Shown here piece after piece: positions 40,402 through 51,018 of a stretch of DNA of 64,000 nucleotides. The notes under the pieces were generated by a model, which was not told the DNA's origin, made no database searches, and was given only the letters and a program-made list of their open reading frames with translations. This stretch comes from an uncultured Verrucomicrobiae bacterium (lineage in GTDB: Bacteria; Verrucomicrobiota; Verrucomicrobiia; Chthoniobacterales; Terrimicrobiaceae): contig CAVPOC010000006.1 of NCBI GenBank assembly GCA_963706955.1, forward strand, positions 1 to 64,000. The letters run 5' to 3'. Both the position numbers and the translations under genes were made by a program. Each line of letters opens with the position of its first letter. The stretch's first letter is position 1.

Positions 40402-41103
40402 CTACGAGTAGGCTTCCCGGACGATCTGCTTGTCCGTTTCCGTGAGATTGGTGTTGAGGCCGGCCGAGAAGCCGTCCTGCGTCCATGCGAGCGGAATGGG
40501 ATACATCATGATCGACTCGGCGTCCACTGGTGAGCTGTGAACCGAGGCGGGATCATACTTCCTGAACATGTTGTTCTCAATCGTTTCGAGATCCCAGTTG
40601 TTCGGCGGGCCTTGCAGGTCTTGAATCACGGCGTCGCGGTTCCACTGGATGGCGCGATTCGGGTTTTGGTGTTCGTGGATCAGCCCGAGCGCATGACCAA
40701 ACTCGTGCAGCACCACTCGCCGCACCTGGTCGTCGGTGGACTCGTCTGTCAACCACCCATAGTTCATTGTCGGCTCACTCGCGTCGATCTGGCGCGCGAC
40801 CGTGCCCAGGTACGACCAGGATCCCCGGCCCGGTTCGAAGGCAATCCGGATATCGGCGTCGCCCTCCTGGACGAAATCGAACCTCAGATTCGCGATGGTC
40901 GTCCAGACCAAGGCGACATTCTTCACGCGCTCCTGCAGGGCGGGGCCGCCGTCGAGGAACTTTACGGTGACGGTTGATCCGGGAGTCCATTTCAATCCGC
41001 TGAGCAGTGCGGCTTTCGTTCCTTGCGCTTTTGCACGATCTGCACCGGTTAAGCTCTCGATCCCGGGGCACATGCAGTAGTAGTTCTCTTCGTTGTTACT
41101 CAT
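40402..41103 (-). CDS. Metzincin zinc metalloprotease (astacin/matrixin-like)
   Basis: HEFGHALGLIHEHQ zinc motif, Met-turn SIMMYP and ADIRIAF..GSWSYLG; no signal peptide. Confidence 0.9.
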   Translation of the reverse strand: MSNNEENYYCMCPGIESLTGADRAKAQGTKAALLSGLKWTPGSTVTVKFLDGGPALQERVKNVALVWTTIANLRFDFVQEGDADIRIAFEPGRGSWSYLGTVARQIDASEPTMNYGWLTDESTDDQVRRVVLHEFGHALGLIHEHQNPNRAIQWNRDAVIQDLQGPPNNWDLETIENNMFRKYDPASVHSSPVDAESIMMYPIPLAWTQDGFSAGLNTNLTETDKQIVREAYS

Positions 41104-41361
41104 AGTGTTATAGATGGTATTTGTTTCGGCGGGGTAAATGGAGTCTGCCGGCTACCGGATAGGTCCGAGAGTAGACACACGTCATGAAAATGCCAAGCGG
41201 CCAACCAGAGAGGTGGCTCGCGAAACGATCGGCCTCGCCCGCATGCGGTTCAACAAGCACTCTCGGTTTCGTTGGCAACTTCCTGTATCGCTGCATAAGC
41301 GAAGTTTAGTCGAATGCCAATATTATACTTACGCGAGCCGCTTGCTTAATCGAAGCGATGA

Positions 41362-42429
41362 TCATTCGCCGGCAGCTCCGAGACAGAACGCAATCAAACC
41401 CGCTGAGACCTCACGAATGACCTCTTCTGCTTCAGACCAAGGAGGTTGAAAGCTATCACCGCATTCGACAGTGAAGCCGTAGACCTTGGTCTTTGACGGA
41501 TCGGCAAAATGGCGACTGAATGCATAGTCATCGCTCGCACCCGACGTCGGATAAAGCCCGTAAGCTTGCTCAACACCGTAGTCACTACCACGAACTGCTT
41601 TCACAGCATCGTTCATTCGAGAGCTTAGTGTTTCTAGCGTCTCAAGATCCTCCGGGGGGAGGTATTCACCATATATTCGATCGTTTACACGGCCGCGGAC
41701 TCCGTCGAAGGTGCTGTTAGTAAAAGTCTGGTCTGGCTCTGTCGTCTGATTCTGGTCACTACCCCAGCCGTGTAGAATGACCGGGACCGCGCTGTGCACG
41801 TCCAGATGCCAACGAATCCGTGGAAACGCGTCGAGTAGCCAGACGACATTTCTAACCTCTGGTTCCGAGCCCGCTGTGGGGCCTCGATATACGTTCTTAT
41901 CGCAGGGATCCTCTGAGGCACTAACTCCCGAGTCCGGAGCAAATTTCGTCAAATGGTCCCACAAGAAATCGAAGTTGCGGTTGAGATCTACACCGACACA
42001 ATTTCCACTGCTAGGATGTGGCCGACGATTCTTGCGCCAGAGGGGATCGTTGGTCTGGCTGTAGTGTCGCCCGTCGGGGTTTACACATGCGCAGACGAAG
42101 AGATTCAGAGATTCCATTACTTGCCGAATCTCATTCGCCGTGAATGTCTTACTGCCATATCCCAGGCCTGTCCCCAACTGATATGCCTCGGCGAGGTCAG
42201 CGGCCAGCGAGATGAGGGCATCGGGGGGAACCCACTCCCTGGCATGGACGCCGCCTAGGATTAGAATTCCATCGGCTTCGTCGCTGCTTTTCGTCCCGAT
42301 GCGAAGGACATGAACCTGGCGACCTTCATGACTAAGATTTGGCGCTCGGAGCAACTCTGTCGTTGCCGGATAGGCTGCGGCCAGATTCTGCAATGCTGAC
42401 TGGATCTCGCCGACGTTTAGATAAGCCAT
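41362..42429 (-). CDS. Zinc carboxypeptidase, M14 family
   Basis: HAREW, NPDG, WRKNR, GVDLNRNF, SEPE, DVHS, SGASDDY and FTVE; no signal peptide or pro-domain. Confidence 0.93.
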   Translation of the reverse strand: MAYLNVGEIQSALQNLAAAYPATTELLRAPNLSHEGRQVHVLRIGTKSSDEADGILILGGVHAREWVPPDALISLAADLAEAYQLGTGLGYGSKTFTANEIRQVMESLNLFVCACVNPDGRHYSQTNDPLWRKNRRPHPSSGNCVGVDLNRNFDFLWDHLTKFAPDSGVSASEDPCDKNVYRGPTAGSEPEVRNVVWLLDAFPRIRWHLDVHSAVPVILHGWGSDQNQTTEPDQTFTNSTFDGVRGRVNDRIYGEYLPPEDLETLETLSSRMNDAVKAVRGSDYGVEQAYGLYPTSGASDDYAFSRHFADPSKTKVYGFTVECGDSFQPPWSEAEEVIREVSAGLIAFCLGAAGE

Positions 42430-42434
42430 AGTTT

Positions 42435-42752
42435 TTACTCCTTACGCCCCAGACCTCGAGGCACTTGGCCCCTAACTGAGAAGCGGTTTGTTCCTCCCAC
42501 CTCTTTTTGGCGTTCGCGGCCCACTTCGGTTGCATTCTCGAGAACGCGAATAGAGATGCGAGATGCTGCGCGACTCCTTCGAGCGACCTCTAACTGAGTT
42601 TCGGGAAGGTAAGCATCTATGGAGAACCTACCATCTTTCTGTCGAGGAGTGGCACGACACCCTAGATCGGGCTTAAATTCATCGGCAAAGGCTCGCAGAT
42701 CGGCCAATGTCGGGCCCTCAATTTTGACACGGATTATGGATTCTTTGTTCAT
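42435..42752 (-). CDS. Hypothetical protein (possible stand-alone pro-domain or chaperone of the M14 peptidase)
   Basis: 105-aa ORF ending 5 nt before the M14 start codon on the same strand. Confidence 0.7.
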   Translation of the reverse strand: MNKESIIRVKIEGPTLADLRAFADEFKPDLGCRATPRQKDGRFSIDAYLPETQLEVARRSRAASRISIRVLENATEVGRERQKEVGGTNRFSVRGQVPRGLGRKE

Positions 42753-44657
42753 GTGGCTGATTTGACAATTAAGCGTCCATCGGCTGGAAGTCAGCGGAAC
42801 GGTGGGACCCTTCCCGATAGTTGTTCAAAGCAAACGACTTTGACTTAATGACAGAAGTCTGCGCCCGTTCACGATACGCGCGCCTGCATCTGAGCACGTG
42901 ATGGATGCCAATGGCTAAGAAGTGACCCATGGCATAGAAATGATGCCATCAAGAGGCGCTGGAATCAATCACATAGTGACGGCGAGCCCTTGAAAGGGTC
43001 CTCGGTTGCCAGAAGGTGTATCGCCTTAGATCGGCAACGTTTTTCCCAAAGGCACCTGCCGTCGGGCGCAAATTAGGTGTATCTGCTCGGGCAGCCGATG
43101 CTCTAAACCATCTGCGCCGAGTTCTCGGGAGTCGACGGTTCGATTAACAACATCAGGACCACCAGCTACCAAGTTCCAGTTCCCCAACGGCTTTTCGAAT
43201 CACCAGCTTATTCAGCGACTTTTCCACGCCGGTTCAAGAAGCATGCGCCGGGGGACAGGTTAGATAATTCTGACCCGATCGCAGATGCGCCTGGTTCGCT
43301 AAGCTTTGGTAAATCACCGAAGCGAGTTCGCACAAGAATGCTTCTCGACATGTATGGTGAAGCCAAACAATCTCCGGCGAAATCAACGTTTCCCCTGCGG
43401 TAGGCGATCATCCTCAAGGCAAGGTTTACTTCAATATCATCGATTCAAGAGATCCCCGATTACCCGCTTGTAATCGCCTGAAGATCGGCACGCGACCTGC
43501 ATTCTGTGCGACCGAGCAGTTAGATCGCCGACAACCCAAACCGGAAGCGGGCTGTCTTCCATGTTCGACCAGGATTCCGACAGCCCGCCTCGGAACGAAC
43601 GTAGGCAACTAGCTGATGCGTCACGGCTGCCTACCAGGCCACTTTCGGTGGCTTGTTGGTTTTCTATGACATGTGACCTAAAATTAGACAAGTCAGGTGT
43701 AATACTGGTTTTGCCGTACGCGTGGTGAGGGCACCGTGGCCCAAGGGTTCACATGTCGGAGAGAAGGTCCGCCGAGGAACACGACGGCTGAAAGCTCCTG
43801 ATTTAGCGAAGTATTCTTGTCATTGCTCGGAACGCGTATGACTACGAGTGGGCCCTGCCATATGTCCGAAAATGCGGGCATAGAAGGTAAAAAAGTCGTA
43901 AAAGTTTGAGAGCGAGGGCCATACGTGCCATCGATGAGGGGGGATAGCCGTAATTCGAACGAACTTGTGGGAAAAATCTAGGAGCCATAGACTTACGAAG
44001 CGGGCTTTGAACGCGCCATGAAGTCTGTCCCGGCAGCACTAGTTTCTCTTTGATTTGGTGGGAATTCCGCAAATTCCTGGCTTGTCGCGTTACTGCGTGA
44101 AGGATCTAAGGCACTTTTGAACTTGCCTACTCTACACTTCGGGGAAGTATGGCCGCCCATTGATCCAGCAAATGGTGGAAAAGGGCCGCGGCCTAGCGAC
44201 CTCCTTTCTGCTTCGCACTCTTCAGCTAAAATGTCCGCAGATTGAGATGCAGAGAATCAGGTGTATGGCAATCCGAGGGCGCGGGCGACCAAGTCGATGC
44301 AGGCGATGCTAATCCCAGGAGTAGCGGCGGGCTGCCGTTAAGCCCACCGACTTCTTTCCCCGCAGATCCTTGGGCAGCCCGCTGTTGACAGAGGCGGGCG
44401 GCTCGCCCCAAAACAATGAAGGCTTGTGGTGGAGCCGCCCTATATGTCGGTAAATAGATAACACGGCTTGCTATCGCAAGTCAGTCGGGGGATTCCTTAT
44501 TTTGCGGTCGTGGGTTCCCTGAGGAGGATTGCGACGTATGCGCTTTGGCGCTCAACAAACCGATCGAGAGGCGGCATGCTTCATATGCGACGAAGAGAAC
44601 AGGTCAGTTGCGGGCGCTGACGCGATGCAAGTCTAGCGGTGCGGTCTAAGCGCGCGC

Positions 44658-45059
44658 TTATCCGTGACGGTCTGTGCGGATCGCGCCACATTCTTTCATA
44701 ATTGTTCCAGCCTGATCGGCGCGACTGGCCTCAGTCTTCACTAGAACGAATTCGCTGTGATGCAGGGTGATCGCGTAGCCCTCGATTACGTCGGCTGGAA
44801 GATTGTAATCGGCAAGATGTGCTTTAAACGAGCGGACGATGGCGCTGTGGTCGCGCTTGGATGGCAAAACCGGTTTCGCATTGTCCCAAAAAGTCGCCGG
44901 CGTATGACCCAAGGCAAACGCGATTGGGTCCCCCTTGGGCGCGTCTTCTGCCACGATCGACTCGTCATAAACTGTTTCGTCAAAGCCAGCGCGTGCCAAT
45001 TTGTTCACGGCCTTATCCAGGTCTCGTGCATTGTCGAATATTCCGACGATTGTGATCAT
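44658..45059 (-). CDS. Hypothetical protein (general-stress-protein-like beta-alpha-beta pattern)
   Basis: TIVGIFDN..D..KAV.KL..AGF N-terminus; Y...L...VLV....A..I...G C-terminus. Confidence 0.65.
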   Translation of the reverse strand: MITIVGIFDNARDLDKAVNKLARAGFDETVYDESIVAEDAPKGDPIAFALGHTPATFWDNAKPVLPSKRDHSAIVRSFKAHLADYNLPADVIEGYAITLHHSEFVLVKTEASRADQAGTIMKECGAIRTDRHG

Positions 45060-45484
45060 TTAGTTTTGCCGGGCGAAGGTTGATTTGTACGGCTCAAAAC
45101 AGCCTCGCATCGGCTCTAAACCTGAGCAAGAGGAATAGCGCGTTTTCTTCGGTAATCTCCTGCCGCAAAAACGACGATCTAGGTGATGTTCAACAACAAT
45201 CCGAGTATCCAATCAAAGATGTGCTTGCTCTTGGAGTAGCCGTGCGGATATCAGCTTGATCGCGTAACTCGATTCGAACGAACAGAGAAGTGAGATGTGA
45301 GCGCACCGCTCGAAAGAAGCTTGAGATTCATCGAGACCGGCAGAATTTCCCCTTTCGGGCCGGCCGATTTGATGCGAGTGACCACGGTCAGCCACATTTT
45401 GAGGGGAGGGACGGTTTGCCACCACGGCTGACAGTTGCGAAATTTTAGAAAAACAAGGAAAACTACCAATAAGAACTGCACACA

Positions 45485-46048
45485 ATGAAAGCACCCAAAT
45501 TTATCCTAGCTGTCCTGCTTAGCTCGGCAGGCCTGACTGCACACGCTGACACCTTCAAGATCGATCCGGTGCATTCCTCGATCGGGTTCAGCGTGAAACA
45601 TCTGGGAGTGACTGATTTTTACGGTCGATTCAACGACGTTTCCGGACAAGTTGTCTTCGACAAGGCCGATCCTTCCAAGAGTTCAGTCGAGGTCACCATC
45701 CCGGTCGAGAGCATTGATACGCACAATGAGAAGCGTGACCAACATTTGAAGAGCCCTGACTTTTTCAACGCCAAGCAGTTTCCGACGATCGTTTTCAAGA
45801 GCAAGAGCGTCGAAGGGGGTGGCGACACTTACAAGGCGACCGGCGATCTGACCTTGCATGGTGTCACCAAGCCTTTGACGTTGGAGATCAAGAGAGGGCC
45901 GGAAGGCAAGGGCATGGAGGGCGAAATCCGTGCGGGCGGCGAGACAGAGTTCACGATAAAGCGAAGTGATTTCGGCATGAATTTCATGCAGGGAGGTCTT
46001 GGTGACGAAGTAACCGTCCTTCTCAGCCTCGAAGGCGTGAAGCAATAA
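45485..46048 (+). CDS. YceI-family periplasmic lipid/polyisoprenoid-binding protein
   Basis: Signal peptide (AHA), IDPVHSSIGF.VKHLG, RDQHLKSPDFF, GDLTLHGVTK and IKRSDFG. Confidence 0.93.
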   Translation: MKAPKFILAVLLSSAGLTAHADTFKIDPVHSSIGFSVKHLGVTDFYGRFNDVSGQVVFDKADPSKSSVEVTIPVESIDTHNEKRDQHLKSPDFFNAKQFPTIVFKSKSVEGGGDTYKATGDLTLHGVTKPLTLEIKRGPEGKGMEGEIRAGGETEFTIKRSDFGMNFMQGGLGDEVTVLLSLEGVKQ

Positions 46049-46050
46049 GC

Positions 46051-46891
46051 GTGTTTTTCGTTCGACAGTTCTTGCCAGGAATTCTGGTCGCGTTGCTGGT
46101 TTCCGGCATCTTTTCTGTTGTTGGACGCCTCTGGAAAGCAAACAGCTGGGCTGACGCAATCGCAGTTGGAGTTGGCTACGCCGCCGGTCATGCGGTAACC
46201 GCCGGTTGGCCGGCTTTCCCGCCAATCGAAGCGACACAGTGGCTCCCTTATCTTGGGATTGCGGTGACGGTCCTGGCAGTGATCGATACGCTGCTGCGGC
46301 CGCCGGGAACGCTCCGTGCCGTGTATATGGTTTCTTTGCTGCGCAGGAATCTTGTCGCTGCTGTTGACTTCTAAATTCCAGTATGGCTGGTCCCTCTTTG
46401 CAGGGGTGGTATGGATTGTGGGCCTGACAACGACCATGCTGGTACTCACCAGTTTCCTTGACAGGACGGCGCAACGCGACGCGTCAATTTCCCTTCCGCT
46501 TATTCTAGCCATAGTCGCTGGCGGGACAGGTGTTGCCTTGATGCTGTCGGGGAGCATGCTTCTGGGGCAATTGGCATTGGTTCTGGCAGGCGCATTTGGA
46601 GCCATTGTGATCGTGGGCACGCTGCTCCCGAACGCCATCAACGGGCGCGGCATTGCGCCGGTATCCGCGACCTTGCTTGCCGGTCTTTGGCTGAGCGGCT
46701 ATTTTTTCTCAGAGCTGCCGGCAGTGAGCGGATTTCTGCTTTTAGTCTCCCCGATTCCTGCTCTGATGCTCGTCCTGTTTGATGAAAGCGGAAGTCCGAG
46801 AAGGGGCCTCCTTCTGCGCGCTATCCTCGTCGCCGTGCCAGTCGCTCTGGCGGTATTCCTGGCCTTCGGAGCCTCGCCGTCACCTTATTGA
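46051..46891 (+). pseudogene. Multi-pass membrane protein interrupted by a 1-nt frameshift near 46324; pseudogene or sequencing error
   Basis: Two overlapping hydrophobic ORFs join as ...LRAV-IWFLCC... if one T is removed from GTG-T-ATA-TGG. Confidence 0.65.
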
Positions 46892-46944
46892 GAGCATAGA
46901 TAGATGCCCGAGAGGATGGCCCGGGGCTGGCGCACGAAGCCTCG

Positions 46945-47505
46945 CTATGCCGACTTCCATTTTATGGAACATCCGATGCTGGGTTTCTGGACCGTTGACG
47001 CTTCACGGCCGCTGATTACGGCATCAAGTGCGGCGCGCATTTCACGCCCGGAAATCGGGACGCCATTCCGTGGAGTGCTGTCGTCGAGACGGCCATGATA
47101 GGCGAGTCGTCGATCGGAATCGAAGACGAAGAAGTCAGGCGTGCATTGGGCATCGTATACCTTGGCCACCGATTGCGTCTCATCGTGGAGAAACGGAAAG
47201 GGAAAATCGTACTCAATGGCCATTTCGCGAAGTCTCTCCGGAGAGTCGTCGGGGTAAGCGGCAGAATCATTCGAGCAGATCGCCAGAAACGAGACGCCTT
47301 CAGGCTGGTAATGGCGCGCGATCCGCAGAATCTCGTCCCGAACGTGGACCACGTAAGGACAATGCCTGCAGATGAACATCACGACGAGCGCCTTGGCTTG
47401 CGGCACCTGAGAGAGAGAGACCGTTTCTCCAGTGACGACATTCGGTAGTGAAAATTCCTTCGCCGGCGTTCTCAGCGGGATAGAGGTGAGTGATTCTATT
47501 GCCAT
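46945..47505 (-). CDS. Thioredoxin-family (AhpC/TSA-like) protein
   Basis: VMFICRHCPYV, SND..YPDDSP, AQCTPDFF, YHGRLDD and SIGCSIKWK. Confidence 0.9.
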   Translation of the reverse strand: MAIESLTSIPLRTPAKEFSLPNVVTGETVSLSQVPQAKALVVMFICRHCPYVVHVRDEILRIARHYQPEGVSFLAICSNDSAAYPDDSPERLREMAIEYDFPFPFLHDETQSVAKVYDAQCTPDFFVFDSDRRLAYHGRLDDSTPRNGVPISGREMRAALDAVISGREASTVQKPSIGCSIKWKSA

Positions 47506-47594
47506 ATTTGCATGTTGTGCCCGCAAGTGCGCCTTGGCAACCTCAGTGCGGCGGGTTAATCCTCCCAAAAACTTCGTGTAGCCAGCGCAGGCCG

Positions 47595-48452
47595 ATGAAC
47601 AGAATTTATATCGCCCGAAATCGTCAGGCCCTTGGCCAGTTTTCTCCTGAGGAGGTGGCAGAAGGACTTGCCTCCGGAGAGTTCCTGCCAACCGACCTTG
47701 CCTGGCGCGAGCCGATGGAAACTTGGAAACCTCTTGATGAGTTCACGGATCTTCCGCCGGCAACGCGCTCGCTCGTTCCACCGGCGCTCCCGCAGCAATC
47801 GGCAGATTCGGAAATGGCAGTCGAGCCCGCCTGGGAACGTCGCAAGCAACTCGGCGCGTTTTCGGCACTCGTCGAGACCGTGCGTCAGGTCCTGGCCGCA
47901 CCTGTCGCGACCTTTAAAGCCATGAAACGCGAGGGCGGTCAGGCCACGCCATTGTTCTTTTACTTGCTAGTGACGACTTTCGCCACTTGGGCGGCCATCG
48001 CATATCAGCTCACCTTCATTATGATGAATCCTGAGGCGATACTCGGCCCCCTCGCCAAATCCCTGGATAGCGCTTCAATTATCGGGATCCACGTGTTCTT
48101 GATGGCCCTTTTTCCGATGCTTCTCATCTTAGTGGCCTATTGCGCTGCGGGAATTTTCCATCTCGTCTTTCAACTTCTTGGCAGCAGCAGCCAGCCCTTC
48201 GAAGTTACATTCCGTGCCTATTGCTACGCGGTGGCACCGGCTTCCGTATTTCGGTTGATTCCGATTTGCGGGGATGTTCTGTTTTTTGTTGCGGCCCTTG
48301 TGCTCCTGGTCTTCTCGTTTCGCGAAACATTGCGCGTTGACGGCGCACGAGCGACCATCGGTGTCATGGTGCCATCCTTGTTATGCTGCGGGTTTATCTG
48401 GGCCGCCTACACTTTAGCCGGAGGCGCTGTCGCGCAGGGCGTGCTCAAATGA
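47595..48452 (+). CDS. GYF_2 (DUF4339) plus Yip1-like membrane protein
   Basis: YIARN....GQFS...DLAWREPMETWKPL N-terminal domain; PAWE..; about 5 hydrophobic segments. Confidence 0.75.
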   Translation: MNRIYIARNRQALGQFSPEEVAEGLASGEFLPTDLAWREPMETWKPLDEFTDLPPATRSLVPPALPQQSADSEMAVEPAWERRKQLGAFSALVETVRQVLAAPVATFKAMKREGGQATPLFFYLLVTTFATWAAIAYQLTFIMMNPEAILGPLAKSLDSASIIGIHVFLMALFPMLLILVAYCAAGIFHLVFQLLGSSSQPFEVTFRAYCYAVAPASVFRLIPICGDVLFFVAALVLLVFSFRETLRVDGARATIGVMVPSLLCCGFIWAAYTLAGGAVAQGVLK

Positions 48453-49227
48453 TCCGGAGGATGGGCCCGGGAGCGTCCTGGCAAGCGCACTGAACGCTGG
48501 CTTGAGCAGCGCTTGGGGAGTTTGCCAGACCTTCCAGCGCGCAATCGAGCGCCAGGTGGGGAGAGTTACAATCGCGGCTGAGATGACCGAGAATAATATG
48601 TTGGAGTGGAGCCTCAAGCTCGGCGAGGACGCGAGCGGCGGCGGTGTTCGAAAGATGTCCGTGCCGCGAGAGGATACGTTGTTTAACCGACCAGGGGCGA
48701 CGGAAGTCATTCTGCAGAAGGGCTTCGTCGTGGTTTGTCTCGATGAGGATCGCGCGAACTCCGCGAAGTGCGTCAAAAACCAGACGGGTTGCATAACCGA
48801 GGTCCGTAAGCACCCCGAAACAAGATCCGTCGCAGGAAATTCGAAATCCGACGGGATCCACCGCGTCGTGCGGAACAGAGAATGCCCGAATGACAAAGCT
48901 TCCAATCCGAAACTCCGCTCCCGTCTGGAAGAATCTCCAGTCGCCATGCACCAAACCGAAATCTTGAAGAACTCGGCCGGTGAGCACGTTGCAAAATAAC
49001 GGCACTTGGTGACGCGTCAGCATTACCTTCAACGCGCTCGTATGGTCGCCATGTTCATGAGTCAGGAGAATGCCTGACAGTTGCTCCGGGCATAACCCCA
49101 TCGCGAGCAGGCGGGCGCTCAGTTGCTTGGCACTCAGACCCGCGTCGATGAGAAACGAGGCCGTCTCGTTGCGGACGAGAGTGGAGTTGCCTTCGCTGCC
49201 ACTCGCCAGCGTGATCACCTCGAACAT
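48445..49227 (-). CDS. MBL-fold metallo-hydrolase (YycJ/WalJ-like)
   Basis: [38 protein letters not shown] and HLS. Confidence 0.92.
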   Translation of the reverse strand: MFEVITLASGSEGNSTLVRNETASFLIDAGLSAKQLSARLLAMGLCPEQLSGILLTHEHGDHTSALKVMLTRHQVPLFCNVLTGRVLQDFGLVHGDWRFFQTGAEFRIGSFVIRAFSVPHDAVDPVGFRISCDGSCFGVLTDLGYATRLVFDALRGVRAILIETNHDEALLQNDFRRPWSVKQRILSRHGHLSNTAAARVLAELEAPLQHIILGHLSRDCNSPHLALDCALEGLANSPSAAQASVQCACQDAPGPILRII

Positions 49228-49311
49228 CTGTCACTTATGCCAGCGCTGCCCGGATTTCGCGACAAGGAAATTGCAGGCAGTTGTGGAAACTGGCAACGTC
49301 GAGGAGGGTTC

Positions 49312-50106
49312 ATGCAGCAATATCATCGCCTTCTACGTCTTGTTCTGGAGCAGGGGACTTTCAAGACCGATCGCACTGGGACTGGAACGTATTCCGTCTT
49401 TGGCGCCCAGGAGCGCTTTGATCTCGCCGATTCGTTTCCGCTGCTGACAACCAAAAAGCTTCACCTGCGTTCCATCATCCACGAACTGCTCTGGTTTCTA
49501 AAGGGGGAGACCAACGTCCGGTATCTCCAGGAAAACAACGTGACCATCTGGGATGAATGGGCCGATGAAAACGGCGATCTGGGCAGGATCTATGGCGCCC
49601 AATGGCGCGACTGGCGCCGTCCAGATGGAGGGCGCGTCGATCAAATCGCCCGCTTGCTCGAGGAGATCCAACGGACACCTGACAGCCGCCGGCTGATTGT
49701 GAGCGCATGGAATCCGGGCGAGCTCGACCGCATGGCGCTGGCGCCCTGCCACGCGATGTTTCAATTTTATGTGGTCGATGGGGGCTTGAGCTGTCAGCTC
49801 TACCAACGAAGCGCGGACTTGTTTTTGGGCGTGCCGTTCAACATCGCTTCGTATGCGCTTCTCACCTTGATGATCGCGCAAGTGTGTCAATTGCGGGCGG
49901 TGGAATTCATTCACACTTTCGGCGATCTGCATCTCTATTCGAACCACCTCGAACAAGCGCGCGAACAACTTTCGCGCGCGTGCCGTCCGCTGCCGCGCAT
50001 GAGCCTCAATCCCGCGGTGAAGTCCCTCGAGGACTTTCGCTACGAGGATTTCGTTCTGGAAGGCTACGATCCACATCCCGCCATCAGAGCGCCTATTTCG
50101 GTGTGA
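49312..50106 (+). CDS. thyA: Thymidylate synthase
   Basis: [28 protein letters not shown] and [27 protein letters not shown] upstream. Confidence 0.97.
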   Translation: MQQYHRLLRLVLEQGTFKTDRTGTGTYSVFGAQERFDLADSFPLLTTKKLHLRSIIHELLWFLKGETNVRYLQENNVTIWDEWADENGDLGRIYGAQWRDWRRPDGGRVDQIARLLEEIQRTPDSRRLIVSAWNPGELDRMALAPCHAMFQFYVVDGGLSCQLYQRSADLFLGVPFNIASYALLTLMIAQVCQLRAVEFIHTFGDLHLYSNHLEQAREQLSRACRPLPRMSLNPAVKSLEDFRYEDFVLEGYDPHPAIRAPISV

Positions 50107-50588
50107 AGGCGATCGCGGCGATGTCTCTGAACCGCGTGATCGGAGCCGAGGGAAAGATTCCGTGGCACGTGCCGGAGGACCTCAGATTCTTCAAGCGAAC
50201 GACTCTAGGTCATGTCGTGGTGATGGGACGAAAGACCTATGAGTCTCTTGGCAAACCTCTGCCCAGTCGGGAAAATTGGGTGGTTTCAAACCGCCCGCTT
50301 ACGGGAGTGCGGGTCATCCATGATCTGGATGAAATCGCCGAACCGCGTGACGGCCGCGAGATCTTCGTCATCGGCGGAGCCCAGCTTTACGCGGCGCTCC
50401 TGCCAAGATGTGCGGAGCTCCTCTTGACGTTGATAAAGCGCGAGGTCTCCGGAGATGTTTTCTTTCCAGCCTTTGAGGATTCGTTTCGTTTGGAAGAAGT
50501 CGTCCAAACGTCTGATCAATTGGAAATTCGCAGATACAGGCGCAGGGCAGCGGCACCGCTGGGCGAGCGCAAGCGAGGGCTTAGCTGA
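50103..50588 (+). CDS. folA: Dihydrofolate reductase
   Basis: [34 protein letters not shown] and [12 protein letters not shown] coupling with thyA. Confidence 0.95.
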   Translation: MKAIAAMSLNRVIGAEGKIPWHVPEDLRFFKRTTLGHVVVMGRKTYESLGKPLPSRENWVVSNRPLTGVRVIHDLDEIAEPRDGREIFVIGGAQLYAALLPRCAELLLTLIKREVSGDVFFPAFEDSFRLEEVVQTSDQLEIRRYRRRAAAPLGERKRGLS

Positions 50589-50997
50589 AGGTCAAGTTCT
50601 TGACGCCGGAAGCCGCCGCCGCGTTCAGGACGTCGATGATGCGCTCGTGTTTCGTCTGGGGGTCGGGGCGGATGATCACCGGGTCCTTGTCTCCAAATTT
50701 GGCGATGGTATCGCGGAGCCAACCGCGCAGCTCGGGAAGTTCCTTACTCCCCGGAGTATCATACACCTTGTTGTTCATCTGAACTTTGCCATCCGGAAAG
50801 ATATCGATGATGATCGGCGTGGGAGGAGGTCCGGGTTTGGTTTCGCCGCGGCCACTCGGCAGGTTAATCGTCAGTTCCTTCGGAATGATTTGCGAGCCCG
50901 CTGAGGCCATGAAAAAGAGCAGGAGAACGAAGACCACATCGACCATTGGAGCGATCTGAAAGCCGATGTCTCCGTCTTGATTCGTTCCGGCTGCCAT
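50581..50997 (-). CDS. ExbD/TolR-family biopolymer transport protein
   Basis: IAPMVDVVFVLLLFFM TM segment with the conserved Asp; VIIRPD. Confidence 0.9.
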   Translation of the reverse strand: MAAGTNQDGDIGFQIAPMVDVVFVLLLFFMASAGSQIIPKELTINLPSGRGETKPGPPPTPIIIDIFPDGKVQMNNKVYDTPGSKELPELRGWLRDTIAKFGDKDPVIIRPDPQTKHERIIDVLNAAAASGVKNLTFS

Positions 50998-51018
50998 AGA
51001 TCTGCTCTCGAGATTGAA

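Noticed and set aside
37110..45480. attR duplication of the tRNA-Asp 3' end bounding the protease block
   Set aside because: No copy of TTCGAGCCCCGTAGGCTCC was found by eye, so island boundaries and mobility are unproven.
45683..46653. 263-aa and 274-aa minus-strand ORFs
   Set aside because: They are antisense to yceI and the membrane protein gene and have no recognisable features.
49123..50102. N-terminal extensions of thyA (from 49123) and folA (from 49707) in the ORF track
   Set aside because: They overlap other genes. The true starts at 49312 (with SD) and 50103 (GTGA coupling) match family N-termini.
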